This document shows, in pieces, positions 1 to 10,072 of a stretch of DNA of 64,000 nt (positions are counted from its first letter, which is position 1; each line of letters begins with the position of its first letter). The notes beneath the pieces are model-generated. The model was given only the letters and a program-made list of their open reading frames with translations, was not told the origin of the DNA and ran no database searches. The position numbers and the translations under genes were made by a program. Origin of the DNA: Nitrospirota bacterium (GTDB lineage: Bacteria; Nitrospirota; UBA9217). Location of the stretch: the NCBI GenBank assembly GCA_963740085.1, contig CAVUCU010000007.1, positions 192,001 through 256,000 of the forward strand, read 5' to 3'.

Positions 1-401
1 TCGGCGCGGAGCGCGGTCACTTCCTGCGATAGACGTCTGACCTCTATGGCTTTCTTCACGAGGAGATTCACCTCGTCGAGGTCAAAGGGCTTGGTGATAT
101 AATCGAAGGCGCCCCGCCGCATGGCCTCGATCGCGTTCTGCATCGTTGCCTGGGCGGTCATGATGATGACCGAGATCCCGTGCCCGTCGGCGTGGATCTT
201 GTCAAGCGCCTCTAATCCGCTCATCCCGGGCATGCGGATGTCCATGAGCACGATCGCGACATCGCCTTCTTTGAGACGCTCAAGCCCCTCGGTCGAATCC
301 TTTGCCAGGATCGTCTCTATGCCCTCTTTTTCGAGGGCCTTCTTGAGCACCCAGCGGACACTCTCGTCGTCGTCGACTATAAGTACCTTTTCGTTTGTCA
401 T
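1..401 (-). CDS. ntrC: NtrC-family sigma-54 response regulator, N-terminal receiver domain (runs off the window edge)
   Basis: Manual translation from ATG at 401: MTNEKVLIVDDDESVRWVLKKAL...LMDIRMPGMSGLE...MTAQ...GAFDYITKPFDLDE; directly downstream of an NtrB-like kinase and next to amt/glnK genes. Confidence 0.85.
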   Translation of the reverse strand, partial: MTNEKVLIVDDDESVRWVLKKALEKEGIETILAKDSTEGLERLKEGDVAIVLMDIRMPGMSGLEALDKIHADGHGISVIIMTAQATMQNAIEAMRRGAFDYITKPFDLDEVNLLVKKAIEVRRLSQEVTALRA

Positions 402-492
402 AATCTTTTAACCGGAACAACAACATTGCCTTTATTTACGTCAGGTCCGTGCATCACACTCCGAACTCCGAACTAAAAAACTCCGAACACGT

Positions 493-1587
493 TCATCCCG
501 CCAGCGGCAGATATACGCTGAACGTCGTGCCTTCTTTCTCCTGGCTCTCGACGCGGATCGTTCCCAGATGTTCTTGCACGATCTGATACGAGAGCGCCAG
601 GCCCAGCCCCACACCCCGGTCCTTGGTCGTGAAAAAAGGGGTGAAGATGTTTTGCAGGTCTTGCGGCTTGATGCCGGCGCCGGTGTCGCTTACCTTCACG
701 ACCATGAGCTGGTATTTCCTTCCGTCGGACTGCACGGTCGTGAACAGGTCCGACATCCTTGTCATGATGGTAAGCCTGCCGCCCTTCGGCATGGCCTCCA
801 CGGCATTCTTGACGATATTCAAGAATACCTGGACCAGCTGGTCCTGGTTCCCCGTGATGTCCGGCAGGCTCGGGTCGTACATTCGGGAGAGGACCACGCC
901 ATTCTGCCTCACGTTCTGCTCATTCAGGAGCAATACCCGGTCAAGGATGCTGTGAACATTATGGCCCTTCATCTCTCGCGGCTTGAGCCTTGTGAAATCG
1001 AGGATCCCTTCGAGCACGCTGTTCAACCGGTCCGCTTCCTTCAGGATCACATCAAGATATTCGTCCAGGCTCTTCCCGGAACGAAGCTCCGATTTCATGA
1101 GCTGCGCCGCACCCCGAATGCCTACGAGAGGATTCTTGACCTCGTGGGCGATGCCCGCCGCGATCATCCCGAGCGTTGCCAGCCGGTCCGATCTCCGCAT
1201 CCGCTCCTTCAGGTCCCGGACACCGGTCTGGTCCCGCACCGTCAGGATCACTCCCAGGGGAATGCCCTCGCCGTCCATGAGTACGCTCGTTACCAGGCCC
1301 ACGGGGCGCAGAGACCCGTGCCTTATCATGATCTCTGCCTCGTAATCCGAATACGACCTTCCGGATTTGAGCGTTTTTTCGATCAAGCTCACCGCTGCCG
1401 GATTGTCTGAAAACACCGTATTCATCTGTTTCCCGATGGCCTCTGCCCCGGCGATACCGGTCATCTCCTCGGCGGCCCGGTTCCAGATGAGGACCTTGTT
1501 GGAGGCGTCAGTCACGATCACGCCGTCAACGATACCGGTCAGGATATCGGCGGTCAGATCTTGTATGCGGGGTGAGAATGACTCCAT
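493..1587 (-). CDS. ntrB: PAS-domain sensor histidine kinase, NtrB-like
   Basis: PAS N-terminus, H-box AGIAHEVKNPLVGIRGAAQL, N-box NIVKNAVEAM, DTGAGI, PFFTTK, GVGLGL. Confidence 0.85.
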   Translation of the reverse strand: MESFSPRIQDLTADILTGIVDGVIVTDASNKVLIWNRAAEEMTGIAGAEAIGKQMNTVFSDNPAAVSLIEKTLKSGRSYSDYEAEIMIRHGSLRPVGLVTSVLMDGEGIPLGVILTVRDQTGVRDLKERMRRSDRLATLGMIAAGIAHEVKNPLVGIRGAAQLMKSELRSGKSLDEYLDVILKEADRLNSVLEGILDFTRLKPREMKGHNVHSILDRVLLLNEQNVRQNGVVLSRMYDPSLPDITGNQDQLVQVFLNIVKNAVEAMPKGGRLTIMTRMSDLFTTVQSDGRKYQLMVVKVSDTGAGIKPQDLQNIFTPFFTTKDRGVGLGLALSYQIVQEHLGTIRVESQEKEGTTFSVYLPLAG

Positions 1588-1701
1588 GCTTATTGATATC
1601 ACAATATATTTGAGTATTCAAGCGAATTCATGGTAAAGTGGGGCACACTTTGCGCAAATGCGCTGGTGTATTGACACGCTCTGCTTTCTGCGCTCCGCAC
1701 T

Positions 1702-2613
1702 ATGCAAACTTCACTAAATCCTCGTCTCCTCTTGGTCGCAATTATCTGGGGCGTGAACTTCGCCTTCGTAAAGTACGCCCTTGCCGACTTTTCCCCCTTG
1801 AGTTTCACGACGCTGCGGTTTTTCCTTGCAACGCTCTTTCTCCTCTTCGTCATGCTCGTAAACCGTGAACCGCTCACCATCGATCGCCGCGACGTACGTG
1901 CGGTATTCAGACTCGGCTTCATCGGGATCGCGCTCTACAATATTCTCTTTATGGAGGGCCTCAACTTTACCACCGCATCGAACTCAGCCCTGTTCATTTC
2001 ATCCTCGCCGCTCTTTGCCGCGCTCATTCTTGCACTGAAAAATAAGGAGCGAGTTCCTGCGCAGACCGTCCTGGGGCTCCTGTTGTCAACTATCGGGGTT
2101 TTTCTTATCATTCAGAGCAGGCCCGGCGGCCTCAACTTCTCCCGCCGCGACCTCGCCGGCGACCTGCTCACCATCTGTGCAGCCGCGTGTTGGGCGCTTT
2201 ACACCATACAGGCCAAGCCCCTTCTTGAAAAATATTCCGCTGTCAAGGTCACCGCGTATAGCATGGCAGCAGGAACCGTGCTGCTCCTGCCGGTCAGCTG
2301 CTATGAACTCCTGCATCAGTCCTGGAGTTCAGTGCCGGTCCGCTCCTGGGCCGCCTTCTCGTTCTCCACCTTCGTCTCCGGCGGCATCGCCTTTACCCTC
2401 TGGTATCAAGGGGTGCAGACGATCGGCGTTACCCGCACGGTCGCGTATCAGTACCTCGTCCCCTTTGTGGCAGTGCTGTTCTCTGCCTTTTTTCTAGGTG
2501 AGCGGATCACCTTCCTCCAGATCACCGGAGGCATATCCATCCTCGCCGGCGTATATCTCGTGCAGAGAGAAAAACCCGACGGTGGAAAAGATGAACGGTT
2601 GAAAGATCAGTAA
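1702..2613 (+). CDS. DMT/EamA family transporter
   Basis: 303 aa with about 10 hydrophobic helices, IIWGVNF start and duplicated EamA pattern. Confidence 0.85.
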   Translation: MQTSLNPRLLLVAIIWGVNFAFVKYALADFSPLSFTTLRFFLATLFLLFVMLVNREPLTIDRRDVRAVFRLGFIGIALYNILFMEGLNFTTASNSALFISSSPLFAALILALKNKERVPAQTVLGLLLSTIGVFLIIQSRPGGLNFSRRDLAGDLLTICAAACWALYTIQAKPLLEKYSAVKVTAYSMAAGTVLLLPVSCYELLHQSWSSVPVRSWAAFSFSTFVSGGIAFTLWYQGVQTIGVTRTVAYQYLVPFVAVLFSAFFLGERITFLQITGGISILAGVYLVQREKPDGGKDERLKDQ

Positions 2614-2654
2614 TGGTACTCGTTCCTTTTACCTTGAGTTTCTGCCTTCCTGCC

Positions 2655-4010
2655 CTAATGCGTGTACCCTGTCTCTCCGTGTTGGCTGATATCGAGACCT
2701 TCGGTCTCCTGCTCCAGGTCGACCCTCAGCCCCATCACCTTCTCGATGATCATGAACAGGCCTGTACTGACCACAAATGAATAAACAGCGACAAGCGCGA
2801 CCGATCCCGCCTGCACGGCCAGTTGCTTCGGATTGCCGAAGAGCAGTCCGTTTGCGCCTGCTGCGTTGATGGCGATCGACGCAAAGACCCCGGCCAGGAT
2901 CGTACCGAGTGCCCCTCCCACGCCGTGCACACCGAACGCATCGAGGGAATCATCATATTTGAACATGGTCTTGGCGTTCAGCGCGGTATAACAGAGAACC
3001 CCCGCGGCCATCCCGATGAAAAGAGCCGATATGGGCCCCACGAAACCGGCGGCCGGCGTGACCGTAGCAAGTCCGGCTATAGCGCCGGTCGCGGCGCCGA
3101 ACATGGTCGGCTTCCCCCGGTGGAACCATTCGATAAACGTCCAGGTAAGCGTTGCTGAGACAGCGGCCATATGGGTAGTAACAAAGGCCATGGTCGCAAG
3201 CGATCCCGCTGACAGGGCGCTGCCGGCATTGAACCCGAACCACCCGAACCAGAGAAGTCCGGCGCCGAGAACGGTCATGGGGAGATCGTGAGGAGGCATA
3301 TGCTCCTGCAGAAAACCCTTTCTCTTCCCTATATAGAGTGCAGCGGCCAGGGCGGAAAAACCGGAAGTCGCGTGCACGACGATGCCGCCGGCAAAGTCGA
3401 GCACACCGAAGTTTTTCAACCATCCGCCTGCGCCCCAGACCCAGTGAGCCACGGGATCGTACACGATCGTGGTCCAGACCAATGTAAAGATCAGGAATGA
3501 GGAGAATTTTATCCGTTCCGCAAAGGCGCCGCTAATGAGTGCCGGAGTGATGACCGCGAACATCATTTGATAGATCATAAACGCGAGATGCGGCACCGTG
3601 GGCGCGTAATCCGCATTCGGCGTCAGGCCGACATTGCCGAGTCCCGCCCAACTCAGGTTGCCGATAATCCCCTTCACATCAGGGCCGAAGGAAAGAGAGT
3701 ATCCAACGAGTATCCATTGGACACTTACAAGCGCGATCGCGATGAAACTATGCATGATGGTTCCAAGAACATTCTTACTCCTCACCATGCCGCCGTAGAA
3801 CAGAGCGAGCCCCGGGGTCATGAGCATGACCAGCGCCGTGGACATCAGGATCCATGCGGTATCGCCCGAATCTATTTTTAAAACCGCAGTCCCGGCGGGC
3901 GTAGCGGTCGCTGCCGGTACAGTATCCTGCGCCATCACTGCCAGCGGTACGAGCGCCAGCATGCAGACCAGGATAAGCATAACGAATCTCTTTGATCTTC
4001 CCGTCACCAT
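2655..4010 (-). CDS. amtB: Ammonium transporter Amt (copy 1)
   Basis: GDTAW, MTPGLALFYGG, DFAGGIVVH, LWFGWFGFNAGS, DDSLDAFGVHG; ATG at 4010 has a GGAGG RBS. Confidence 0.95.
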   Translation of the reverse strand: MVTGRSKRFVMLILVCMLALVPLAVMAQDTVPAATATPAGTAVLKIDSGDTAWILMSTALVMLMTPGLALFYGGMVRSKNVLGTIMHSFIAIALVSVQWILVGYSLSFGPDVKGIIGNLSWAGLGNVGLTPNADYAPTVPHLAFMIYQMMFAVITPALISGAFAERIKFSSFLIFTLVWTTIVYDPVAHWVWGAGGWLKNFGVLDFAGGIVVHATSGFSALAAALYIGKRKGFLQEHMPPHDLPMTVLGAGLLWFGWFGFNAGSALSAGSLATMAFVTTHMAAVSATLTWTFIEWFHRGKPTMFGAATGAIAGLATVTPAAGFVGPISALFIGMAAGVLCYTALNAKTMFKYDDSLDAFGVHGVGGALGTILAGVFASIAINAAGANGLLFGNPKQLAVQAGSVALVAVYSFVVSTGLFMIIEKVMGLRVDLEQETEGLDISQHGETGYTH

Positions 4011-4071
4011 TAATTCCTCCCTCGCTCCCTCGATATGGTTGCTCATCACATACCCACGTGCCTTATTTAAT

Positions 4072-4087
4072 AGCAAGTGACATGCCA
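4072..4087 (-). promoter_or_regulatory. Sigma-54 (-24/-12) promoter of amtB copy 1
   Basis: TGGCATGTCACTTGCT, GG-N10-GC. Confidence 0.85.
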
Positions 4088-4180
4088 CTCTTTGATCAGG
4101 CGATTTTATCTCAAGGCCATTGATTTTATTGTTTTAATATAAGCTCGGCCCTGAAAAACTGTTTGAACGACCCTTAACAA

Positions 4181-4216
4181 CGATTATTATTTAGGCACGT
4201 GATTAATTAGTAGGCA
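4181..4216. promoter_or_regulatory. Tandem 17-bp NtrC-like enhancer sites
   Basis: CGATTATTATTTAGGCA-CG-TGATTAATTAGTAGGCA; same layout at 9491-9526 and 13931-13966. Confidence 0.6.
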
Positions 4217-4370
4217 TACAGAACGAAAAACAGTTGCGGGCGGGACATGATTTCCATCGGATGACATTTTTTGATTCAGATATATTATGGAAGGAGTGGC
4301 TGCAGAGAGCGCCTTTATCCTCACTCATGCATGCAAGGTTCACTTGGACCAGGCTAATCAAAAGTACTCA

Positions 4371-4407
4371 TTGACATACAATAATTATCAGATTATAATC
4401 ATTATTA
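4371..4407 (+). promoter_or_regulatory. Sigma-70 promoter overlapped by a PerR/Fur-like box
   Basis: TTGACA(4371)-17 bp-TATAAT(4394); TTATAATCATTATTA at 4393-4407 resembles the PerR box TTATAATnATTATAA; precedes oxidative-stress genes. Confidence 0.75.
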
Positions 4408-4442
4408 AATAGGCATATATCAAACAGCAAAGGAGACTGAAC

Positions 4443-4895
4443 ATGTGCGTAGAGCATAGCGTCAATTGTTCATGCGGCAAGAGCAGCGCAGGCTTTAATT
4501 TTCGCGACGAGGTGCTGCCTTTTGAGGTCATTGTAAAACTGAACTGTCCGGCCTGCTCGCCAGGCGCCCTTTATGATCCATCAACCATGATTGCGGACAA
4601 CGGATGGGTCATCGAATTTGACATGGATGTTGCGCGCTTCATGCTGCAGAAAATAACACCTTCCGGCCGGGTGACCCCCGAGTTTATCTTTGACGAAGGT
4701 TACTGCACCTGGCGGGGGGTAACGCCATCTGACCACGTTGATTCAGTCAGCGAGCGCAACGAGCTTGTCAAGTTGGCCCAAACAGACCGCAAACGCTACT
4801 TCGATGAGTTCAAGAACTGGAGCAATAACCGGATGGCGCGTCTCGCGAGAGAAGGATGGAGAAAGGCAAATGAAAGAGAATCCGTCAAAACATAA
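4443..4895 (+). CDS. Cys-rich hypothetical protein (CxC and CxxC motifs)
   Basis: ORF with AAGGAG RBS, first gene after the promoter. Confidence 0.75.
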   Translation: MCVEHSVNCSCGKSSAGFNFRDEVLPFEVIVKLNCPACSPGALYDPSTMIADNGWVIEFDMDVARFMLQKITPSGRVTPEFIFDEGYCTWRGVTPSDHVDSVSERNELVKLAQTDRKRYFDEFKNWSNNRMARLAREGWRKANERESVKT

Positions 4896-5046
4896 AACCC
4901 GCGGTGTGAAGATCATCGCGGTGATGGATATTATTACGACCTGCCCCAAATGCGGCGGTGAGTTGGGCATCTGGTCAGAGGCTATCGAGACCTTGTGCAT
5001 TTTCTGCAATCATAAGGTCTTTGAAAAGGAGAATACCATCCACTAA
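4870..5046 (+). CDS. Small zinc-ribbon-like protein (CPKC...CIFC)
   Basis: 58-aa ORF with two CxxC motifs bridging neighbouring genes. Confidence 0.55.
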   Translation: MKENPSKHKTRGVKIIAVMDIITTCPKCGGELGIWSEAIETLCIFCNHKVFEKENTIH

Positions 5047-5060
5047 ATATGGAGGGTGCT

Positions 5061-5540
5061 ATGAACCTTGTAATAGAAAAAATTCCCGGCGGCTTCGGCG
5101 TGGACGGACTGGCCCTCAAGAACGGGAAGTGCGGCTGCACCTCGGTACTTCCCTGCTGCTACAGCTGGTCCAAGGTCAGGCAGCGCGGAAATTCCTTTCA
5201 ATTCACGGCAAAGCTTTCCGGGCCTGACACACAAGACGTGTTTGCCTGGAGCTATACGGTGAAAAAAGGTGATATTCTCGTGGAGGTCAGCGTCGAGGAC
5301 GCGCGGGACAAAACGATCTTCTCAGGCTACTATCCGCCGGCCATCGAGGAGTGGACTTCAAAAGGCTGGGAAGTCATTAAAAAAGATGGTGACCGGGAGG
5401 ACTTCGGTTTGTGGCGCTGCTCTGCCTGTAAATGGTTATATAAAGAAAAGGACCGGCAGGTCAGGTTCGACGATCTGCCCGATGGCTGGAACTGCCCGGT
5501 CTGCAATTCCGGACGAGAGGTCTTTGAACAGGTCGGATGA
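5061..5540 (+). CDS. Protein with C-terminal rubredoxin domain and Cys-rich N-terminal domain
   Basis: WRCSACKWLY...FDDLPDGWNCPVC rubredoxin signature; GGAGG RBS. Confidence 0.8.
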   Translation: MNLVIEKIPGGFGVDGLALKNGKCGCTSVLPCCYSWSKVRQRGNSFQFTAKLSGPDTQDVFAWSYTVKKGDILVEVSVEDARDKTIFSGYYPPAIEEWTSKGWEVIKKDGDREDFGLWRCSACKWLYKEKDRQVRFDDLPDGWNCPVCNSGREVFEQVG

Positions 5541-5633
5541 ATAGCGGTCCTGATAATCCACTCCCCTTTTTTTTTGCTATACTAGAGAGTATTCCGGCAA
5601 CGGGGTTATCTTACACACAGGGAGGAAACGATC

Positions 5634-6212
5634 ATGCCATACGCACCAAAGGATTATACGAAGCTTGTGGGGATGGAGGGCTTCAGCGAAGCGCTATTAA
5701 AGAACCACTTCACTCTCTATCAGGGGTACGTGACGAACACGAACAAGGTGCTCGATACACTGGATCAGATGAGCAAGGATGGCAAGACCGCTACTCCCGA
5801 GTTTGCTGAATTGAAACGGCGGCTTGGCTGGGAATTCAATGGTATGCGGCTTCATGAATATTACTTTGAAAATCTCGGCAAGAAAGGCGGTATCAGCAAG
5901 GATGGCAAAGCGGCAAAGGCGATCAGCGCGAGTTTTGGGAGTTTAGAGGCCTGGGAGAAGGATTTCAGAGCCACCGGTGCCATGCGCGGCATTGGCTGGG
6001 TCGTTTTGTACCAGGACACAAACTCCAGCAGGCTTATCAATTTCTGGATCAATGAGCATGATGCCGGTCACCCCGCCGGATGCAATCCCCTCCTCATCAT
6101 GGACGTGTTCGAACATGCCTTCATGCTTGATTATGGCCTGAAGAAAGCTGATTATATAGAAGCATTTTTCAAGAACATCAACTGGTCCGCAGTTGACGCA
6201 CGCGTCAAATAG
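5634..6212 (+). CDS. sod: Fe/Mn superoxide dismutase
   Basis: KNHFTLYQGYV, LHEYYFENL, MDVFEHAF ligand motifs. Confidence 0.9.
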   Translation: MPYAPKDYTKLVGMEGFSEALLKNHFTLYQGYVTNTNKVLDTLDQMSKDGKTATPEFAELKRRLGWEFNGMRLHEYYFENLGKKGGISKDGKAAKAISASFGSLEAWEKDFRATGAMRGIGWVVLYQDTNSSRLINFWINEHDAGHPAGCNPLLIMDVFEHAFMLDYGLKKADYIEAFFKNINWSAVDARVK

Positions 6213-6344
6213 AGAATGATTTTCTCCCCCGAGGCGGGGATCGATCGGCAACGACATCCCCGCCTCACCTCCTCCGTCAACGGAGACCGACCGGTCATAA
6301 AATTCAACGAGGCAGTGCATATTATTGAAAGGAGCATTTCAGCA

Positions 6345-6839
6345 ATGTCAAACTCGGAAAAGAACCTGCAGGACGCATTTGCCGGTGAATCCCAGGCGAA
6401 CAGAAAGTACCTCGCCTTCGCGAAGAAGGCGGAAGTGGAAGGCCATAAACAGGTTGCGAAATTGTTCCGCGCAGCCGCTGCAGCCGAGACCATCCATGCC
6501 CATAATCACCTGAGAGTGCTCGGAGTCGTTAAATCGACAAGGGACAACTTGATGGAAGCCATCAACGGCGAATCCTACGAATTCCAGAAAATGTATCCCC
6601 GGATGATAGCCGATGCGCAGGCTGAGGGCAACAGCAAAGCACTGCAGAGCTTTAACTATGCGAATGAGGTGGAGAAAGTGCATGCGGCGCTCTATCAAAA
6701 AGCGCTCGACAGCCTTGGAAGGAACGAGGACCTTGACTATTATGTCTGTTCCGTCTGCGGGTATACCGCCGAGGGCGAGGCGCCTGATGAATGCCCGGTC
6801 TGTAAAGCGAAGAGACAGGCATTTCACAAGGCGGAATAA
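6345..6839 (+). CDS. rbr: Rubrerythrin
   Basis: AFAGESQANRKY, AETIHA, EKVHA, C-terminal CSVCGY...CPVC. Confidence 0.92.
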   Translation: MSNSEKNLQDAFAGESQANRKYLAFAKKAEVEGHKQVAKLFRAAAAAETIHAHNHLRVLGVVKSTRDNLMEAINGESYEFQKMYPRMIADAQAEGNSKALQSFNYANEVEKVHAALYQKALDSLGRNEDLDYYVCSVCGYTAEGEAPDECPVCKAKRQAFHKAE

Positions 6840-6842
6840 CAT

Positions 6843-7412
6843 TTGAAGATCATCGCATTCAACGGCAGCCCGCGTCCCGGAGGCAACACGGAGATCCTGC
6901 TCACAGAGGCACTGAAACCCCTCCGGGAGTCGGGCCATGCGGTGACGGTTTTTAAGCTCAACGGCATGGATATCAAACCGTGTCAGGACTGCGGCGGCTG
7001 CACCACAACAGGAGTCTGCATTCAGAAGGACAACATGCAGAAGATCTTCGACGCTATCCGGGAAGCCGATAGGATCATCCTCGCCTCCCCCATTTTTTTC
7101 TTCGGCTTGAGCGCGCAGACCAAGGCAATGATCGACCGGTGCCAGGCCTTCTGGTGTGAGAAATATCTCCTGAAGAAAGAGATCCCGGCGGGCCCTTACG
7201 GAAGAAAAGGACTGCTTCTTCTCGTCGGCGGCATGAAAAAAGAAACGGGAAAGGAATGTTCCGCGGGAACGGCAAAGGCCTTCTTCAGGACCGTAAGCGT
7301 ACCCGAACACGATATCCTTTTCTTCGGCGGGATCGATGCCAAGGGCGATATTCAGAAACATCCGACCGCTCTGAAAGAAACAAACGAAGCGGGAAAGCGG
7401 CTGGGACAATAA
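6843..7412 (+). CDS. Iron-sulfur flavoprotein / NADPH-dependent FMN reductase family
   Basis: NGSPRPGGNT, CQDCGGCTTTGVC cluster motif, ASPIFF. Confidence 0.85.
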   Translation: MKIIAFNGSPRPGGNTEILLTEALKPLRESGHAVTVFKLNGMDIKPCQDCGGCTTTGVCIQKDNMQKIFDAIREADRIILASPIFFFGLSAQTKAMIDRCQAFWCEKYLLKKEIPAGPYGRKGLLLLVGGMKKETGKECSAGTAKAFFRTVSVPEHDILFFGGIDAKGDIQKHPTALKETNEAGKRLGQ

Positions 7413-7414
7413 AT

Positions 7415-7453
7415 AAAAAAGAATGGCCGGCACGAGAGGGTACATGCCGGCCC
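7415..7453 (-). terminator. Intrinsic terminator after glnK (possibly bidirectional)
   Basis: GGCCGGCA/TGCCGGCC stem with a T-run on the minus strand. Confidence 0.65.
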
Positions 7454-7476
7454 GTTGAAGATAAAACGACGATCCG

Positions 7477-7824
<348 letters not shown>

Positions 7825-7944
7825 TTAAAGAATGATGATGCGTTGATGCGTGGAAGCGTGGATGCGGTAAAGATAAACCCCTGCGCCTCGACAGCAGGGT
7901 GTTTCTCCGCTCGTACGCATTCGCACCTATACACATCTACGCAC

Positions 7945-9315
7945 TTATGAATTATACGCCCGCTCCCCGTGCTCGCTCTCATCGAGCCCGATCGTTTCTT
8001 CCTCCGCGCCGACCCGCAGGCCGACTGTCGCCTTTATGACCATGAAGATGATGAACGTCATCGCGGCGCTGTACACCAGGGTCACCGCTACTGCTATGAA
8101 CTGTGTCCAGAGCTGGCCGGGATTGCCGTAAAGCAGGCCTCTGCCCGCCTCGTTGATGGCCGGGTCCGCGAACACACCGGTTAAGAGCGCTCCAATGGTC
8201 CCGCCGACGCCGTGAATACCGAAGGCATCGAGCGTGTCGTCATACCCGAACATCGGTTTGAGCTTTGCCACTGCAAAGAACGGGATAACACCCGCCGCAA
8301 TGCCGATCACGATCGCGCCGCCGATGTTCACGAAGCCCGCGGCGGGAGTGATGGCCACCAGGCCGCCGACTGCACCTGAAGCCAGGCCGAGCACCGTGGG
8401 TTTGCCGGAGTGCATCCATTCAACGAACATCCAGGCGATCGCGGCGACCGCGGTCGCGGTATTCGTGTTAATGAATGCCGCGCCAGCCAGACCGTTCGCC
8501 GCAAGCGCCGATCCTGCATTGAATCCGAACCAGCCGAACCACAGCAATCCTGCACCGGTGACCACCAGGGTCAGATTGCCGGGAATGATCGCCTTTGCTT
8601 TGCGCTTGCCCAGGACCAGGGCGCCCACGAGCGCCGCAATACCCGCATTGATGTGAACCACCGTGCCTCCGGCGAAATCCAGAGCCCCGAGCTTAGCCAG
8701 GAATCCGCCGCCCCAGACCCAGTGGGCCACCGGAAGATAGACCACGGTCATCCAGAGCACGGAAAAGATGATCCATGCCGAGAACTTCATACGCTCGATG
8801 TAGGCGCCGCTGGCGAGAGCGACCGTGATCGCCGCAAACGTGAGTTGATACGCGATAAAGATATACTCGGGAATCGTTTTTGCCGCATCCGAGATGCTGT
8901 TCGGCCCGACGCCTTTCAGGAACAACTTCTCAGCACCGCCGATGATCCCCTTCAGGTCCGTGCCGAACGAAAAGGTGTACCCGTACAGGACCCACAACAC
9001 GCTCACGATACAGAAGGTCACGAAGGTCATGGCCATGGTGTTCAGCGTATCCTTGGTCTTTGACAGACCGCCGTAAAACAGCGCCAGGCCGGGGATCGAC
9101 ATCAGCATGACCATCGCCGTGGCCACGATCATCCAGGCAGTATCTCCGGTGTCGATCTTCGGAGCAGGAGCGGGTGCCGTTACTGCAACGGCTGTTGCGG
9201 CTGTTGCCGCTGGCGCTGCTGCCTCTTCTGCCCTGCCCGCAGCAGGAGCGAGAACAAGGGCCACTATCAGACACAACAGAACAACTACAACAGGCTTCAA
9301 AAATCCTACTTTCAT
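7945..9315 (-). CDS. amtB: Ammonium transporter Amt (copy 2)
   Basis: DFAGGTVVHINAG, LWFGWFGFNAGS, DDTLDAFGIHG. Confidence 0.95.
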   Translation of the reverse strand: MKVGFLKPVVVVLLCLIVALVLAPAAGRAEEAAAPAATAATAVAVTAPAPAPKIDTGDTAWMIVATAMVMLMSIPGLALFYGGLSKTKDTLNTMAMTFVTFCIVSVLWVLYGYTFSFGTDLKGIIGGAEKLFLKGVGPNSISDAAKTIPEYIFIAYQLTFAAITVALASGAYIERMKFSAWIIFSVLWMTVVYLPVAHWVWGGGFLAKLGALDFAGGTVVHINAGIAALVGALVLGKRKAKAIIPGNLTLVVTGAGLLWFGWFGFNAGSALAANGLAGAAFINTNTATAVAAIAWMFVEWMHSGKPTVLGLASGAVGGLVAITPAAGFVNIGGAIVIGIAAGVIPFFAVAKLKPMFGYDDTLDAFGIHGVGGTIGALLTGVFADPAINEAGRGLLYGNPGQLWTQFIAVAVTLVYSAAMTFIIFMVIKATVGLRVGAEEETIGLDESEHGERAYNS

Positions 9316-9367
9316 GGCTTATCCTCCCTTTGGTGTACCTTGTATAATTACTGAACACATGATAATA

Positions 9368-9383
9368 AGCAAGGCACATGCCA
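9368..9383 (-). promoter_or_regulatory. Sigma-54 promoter of amtB2-glnK
   Basis: TGGCATGTGCCTTGCT. Confidence 0.85.
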
Positions 9384-9490
9384 AAAAAAGGATTCCGCTC
9401 TTTTGAAGAAAATCATATTGATTTTATTGGTGGATTATATTTTTTGGAAGGAACAGGCATGTGGGCAGACAATTGTCGGCGTAGATCTCG

Positions 9491-9526
9491 AGATGCTATT
9501 TTAGGCAAGTGACCAAATGTTAAGCA
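9491..9526. promoter_or_regulatory. Tandem NtrC-like enhancer sites
   Basis: AGATGCTATTTTAGGCA-AG-TGACCAAATGTTAAGCA. Confidence 0.55.
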
Positions 9527-9610
9527 TGATCCACTTGAAAAGGAGTTTGACATTCAGGTCCGCGGGAATAAGTCCGTACCGATCGGGACCAACACCATGG
9601 TGAGCAAGTC

Positions 9611-9953
9611 TCATATCGCAGCGTTGCCGTGCTCTCCGGTCCTGACGCGCGACCACTTCCGCCAGTCTCGATACGAAAATCTTGCCGTCTCCGATATCCC
9701 CGGTCCTGGCCTGGTCCTGGATCATAAAGATCACCGTGTCCGCCATTGCATCCGGCACAACGACCTCGATCTTCACCTTCGGCAGAAAGGTGCTGGAGAT
9801 ATCCATTCCATGATATAGTTCGACATGCCCCTTCTGCCTGCCGAATCCCCTCGCATCGGGAGTAACGGTCAACCCGCTGACGCCGGCGGCGCTCAGGGCT
9901 TCCTTGACCGCTTCAAGCTTGAACGGTTTTATGATCGCTTCGATCTTTATCAT
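9611..9953 (-). CDS. Divergent P-II protein with a single-base insertion near 9650
   Basis: [13 protein letters not shown]...GDIGDGKIF; removing one G restores VVRVRTGEHGNAAI-stop at 9611. Confidence 0.85.
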
Positions 9954-10072
9954 AATCCTCCGGAGAATCGATGCTCTCTTTGTGTTTACGTGATACTGAA
10001 ATCGGGACAGGCGCTCACCTCAACATCGCTCAGTCCCATCGTACCGTCGGATGTCCCACGCGACGACCCACG

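Noticed and set aside
1639-1653. Possible sigma-54 box for the EamA gene (TGGGGCACACTTTGC)
   Set aside because: GG-N10-GC spacing fits, but the -24 element lacks TGGCA and a TTGACA lies nearby; too weak
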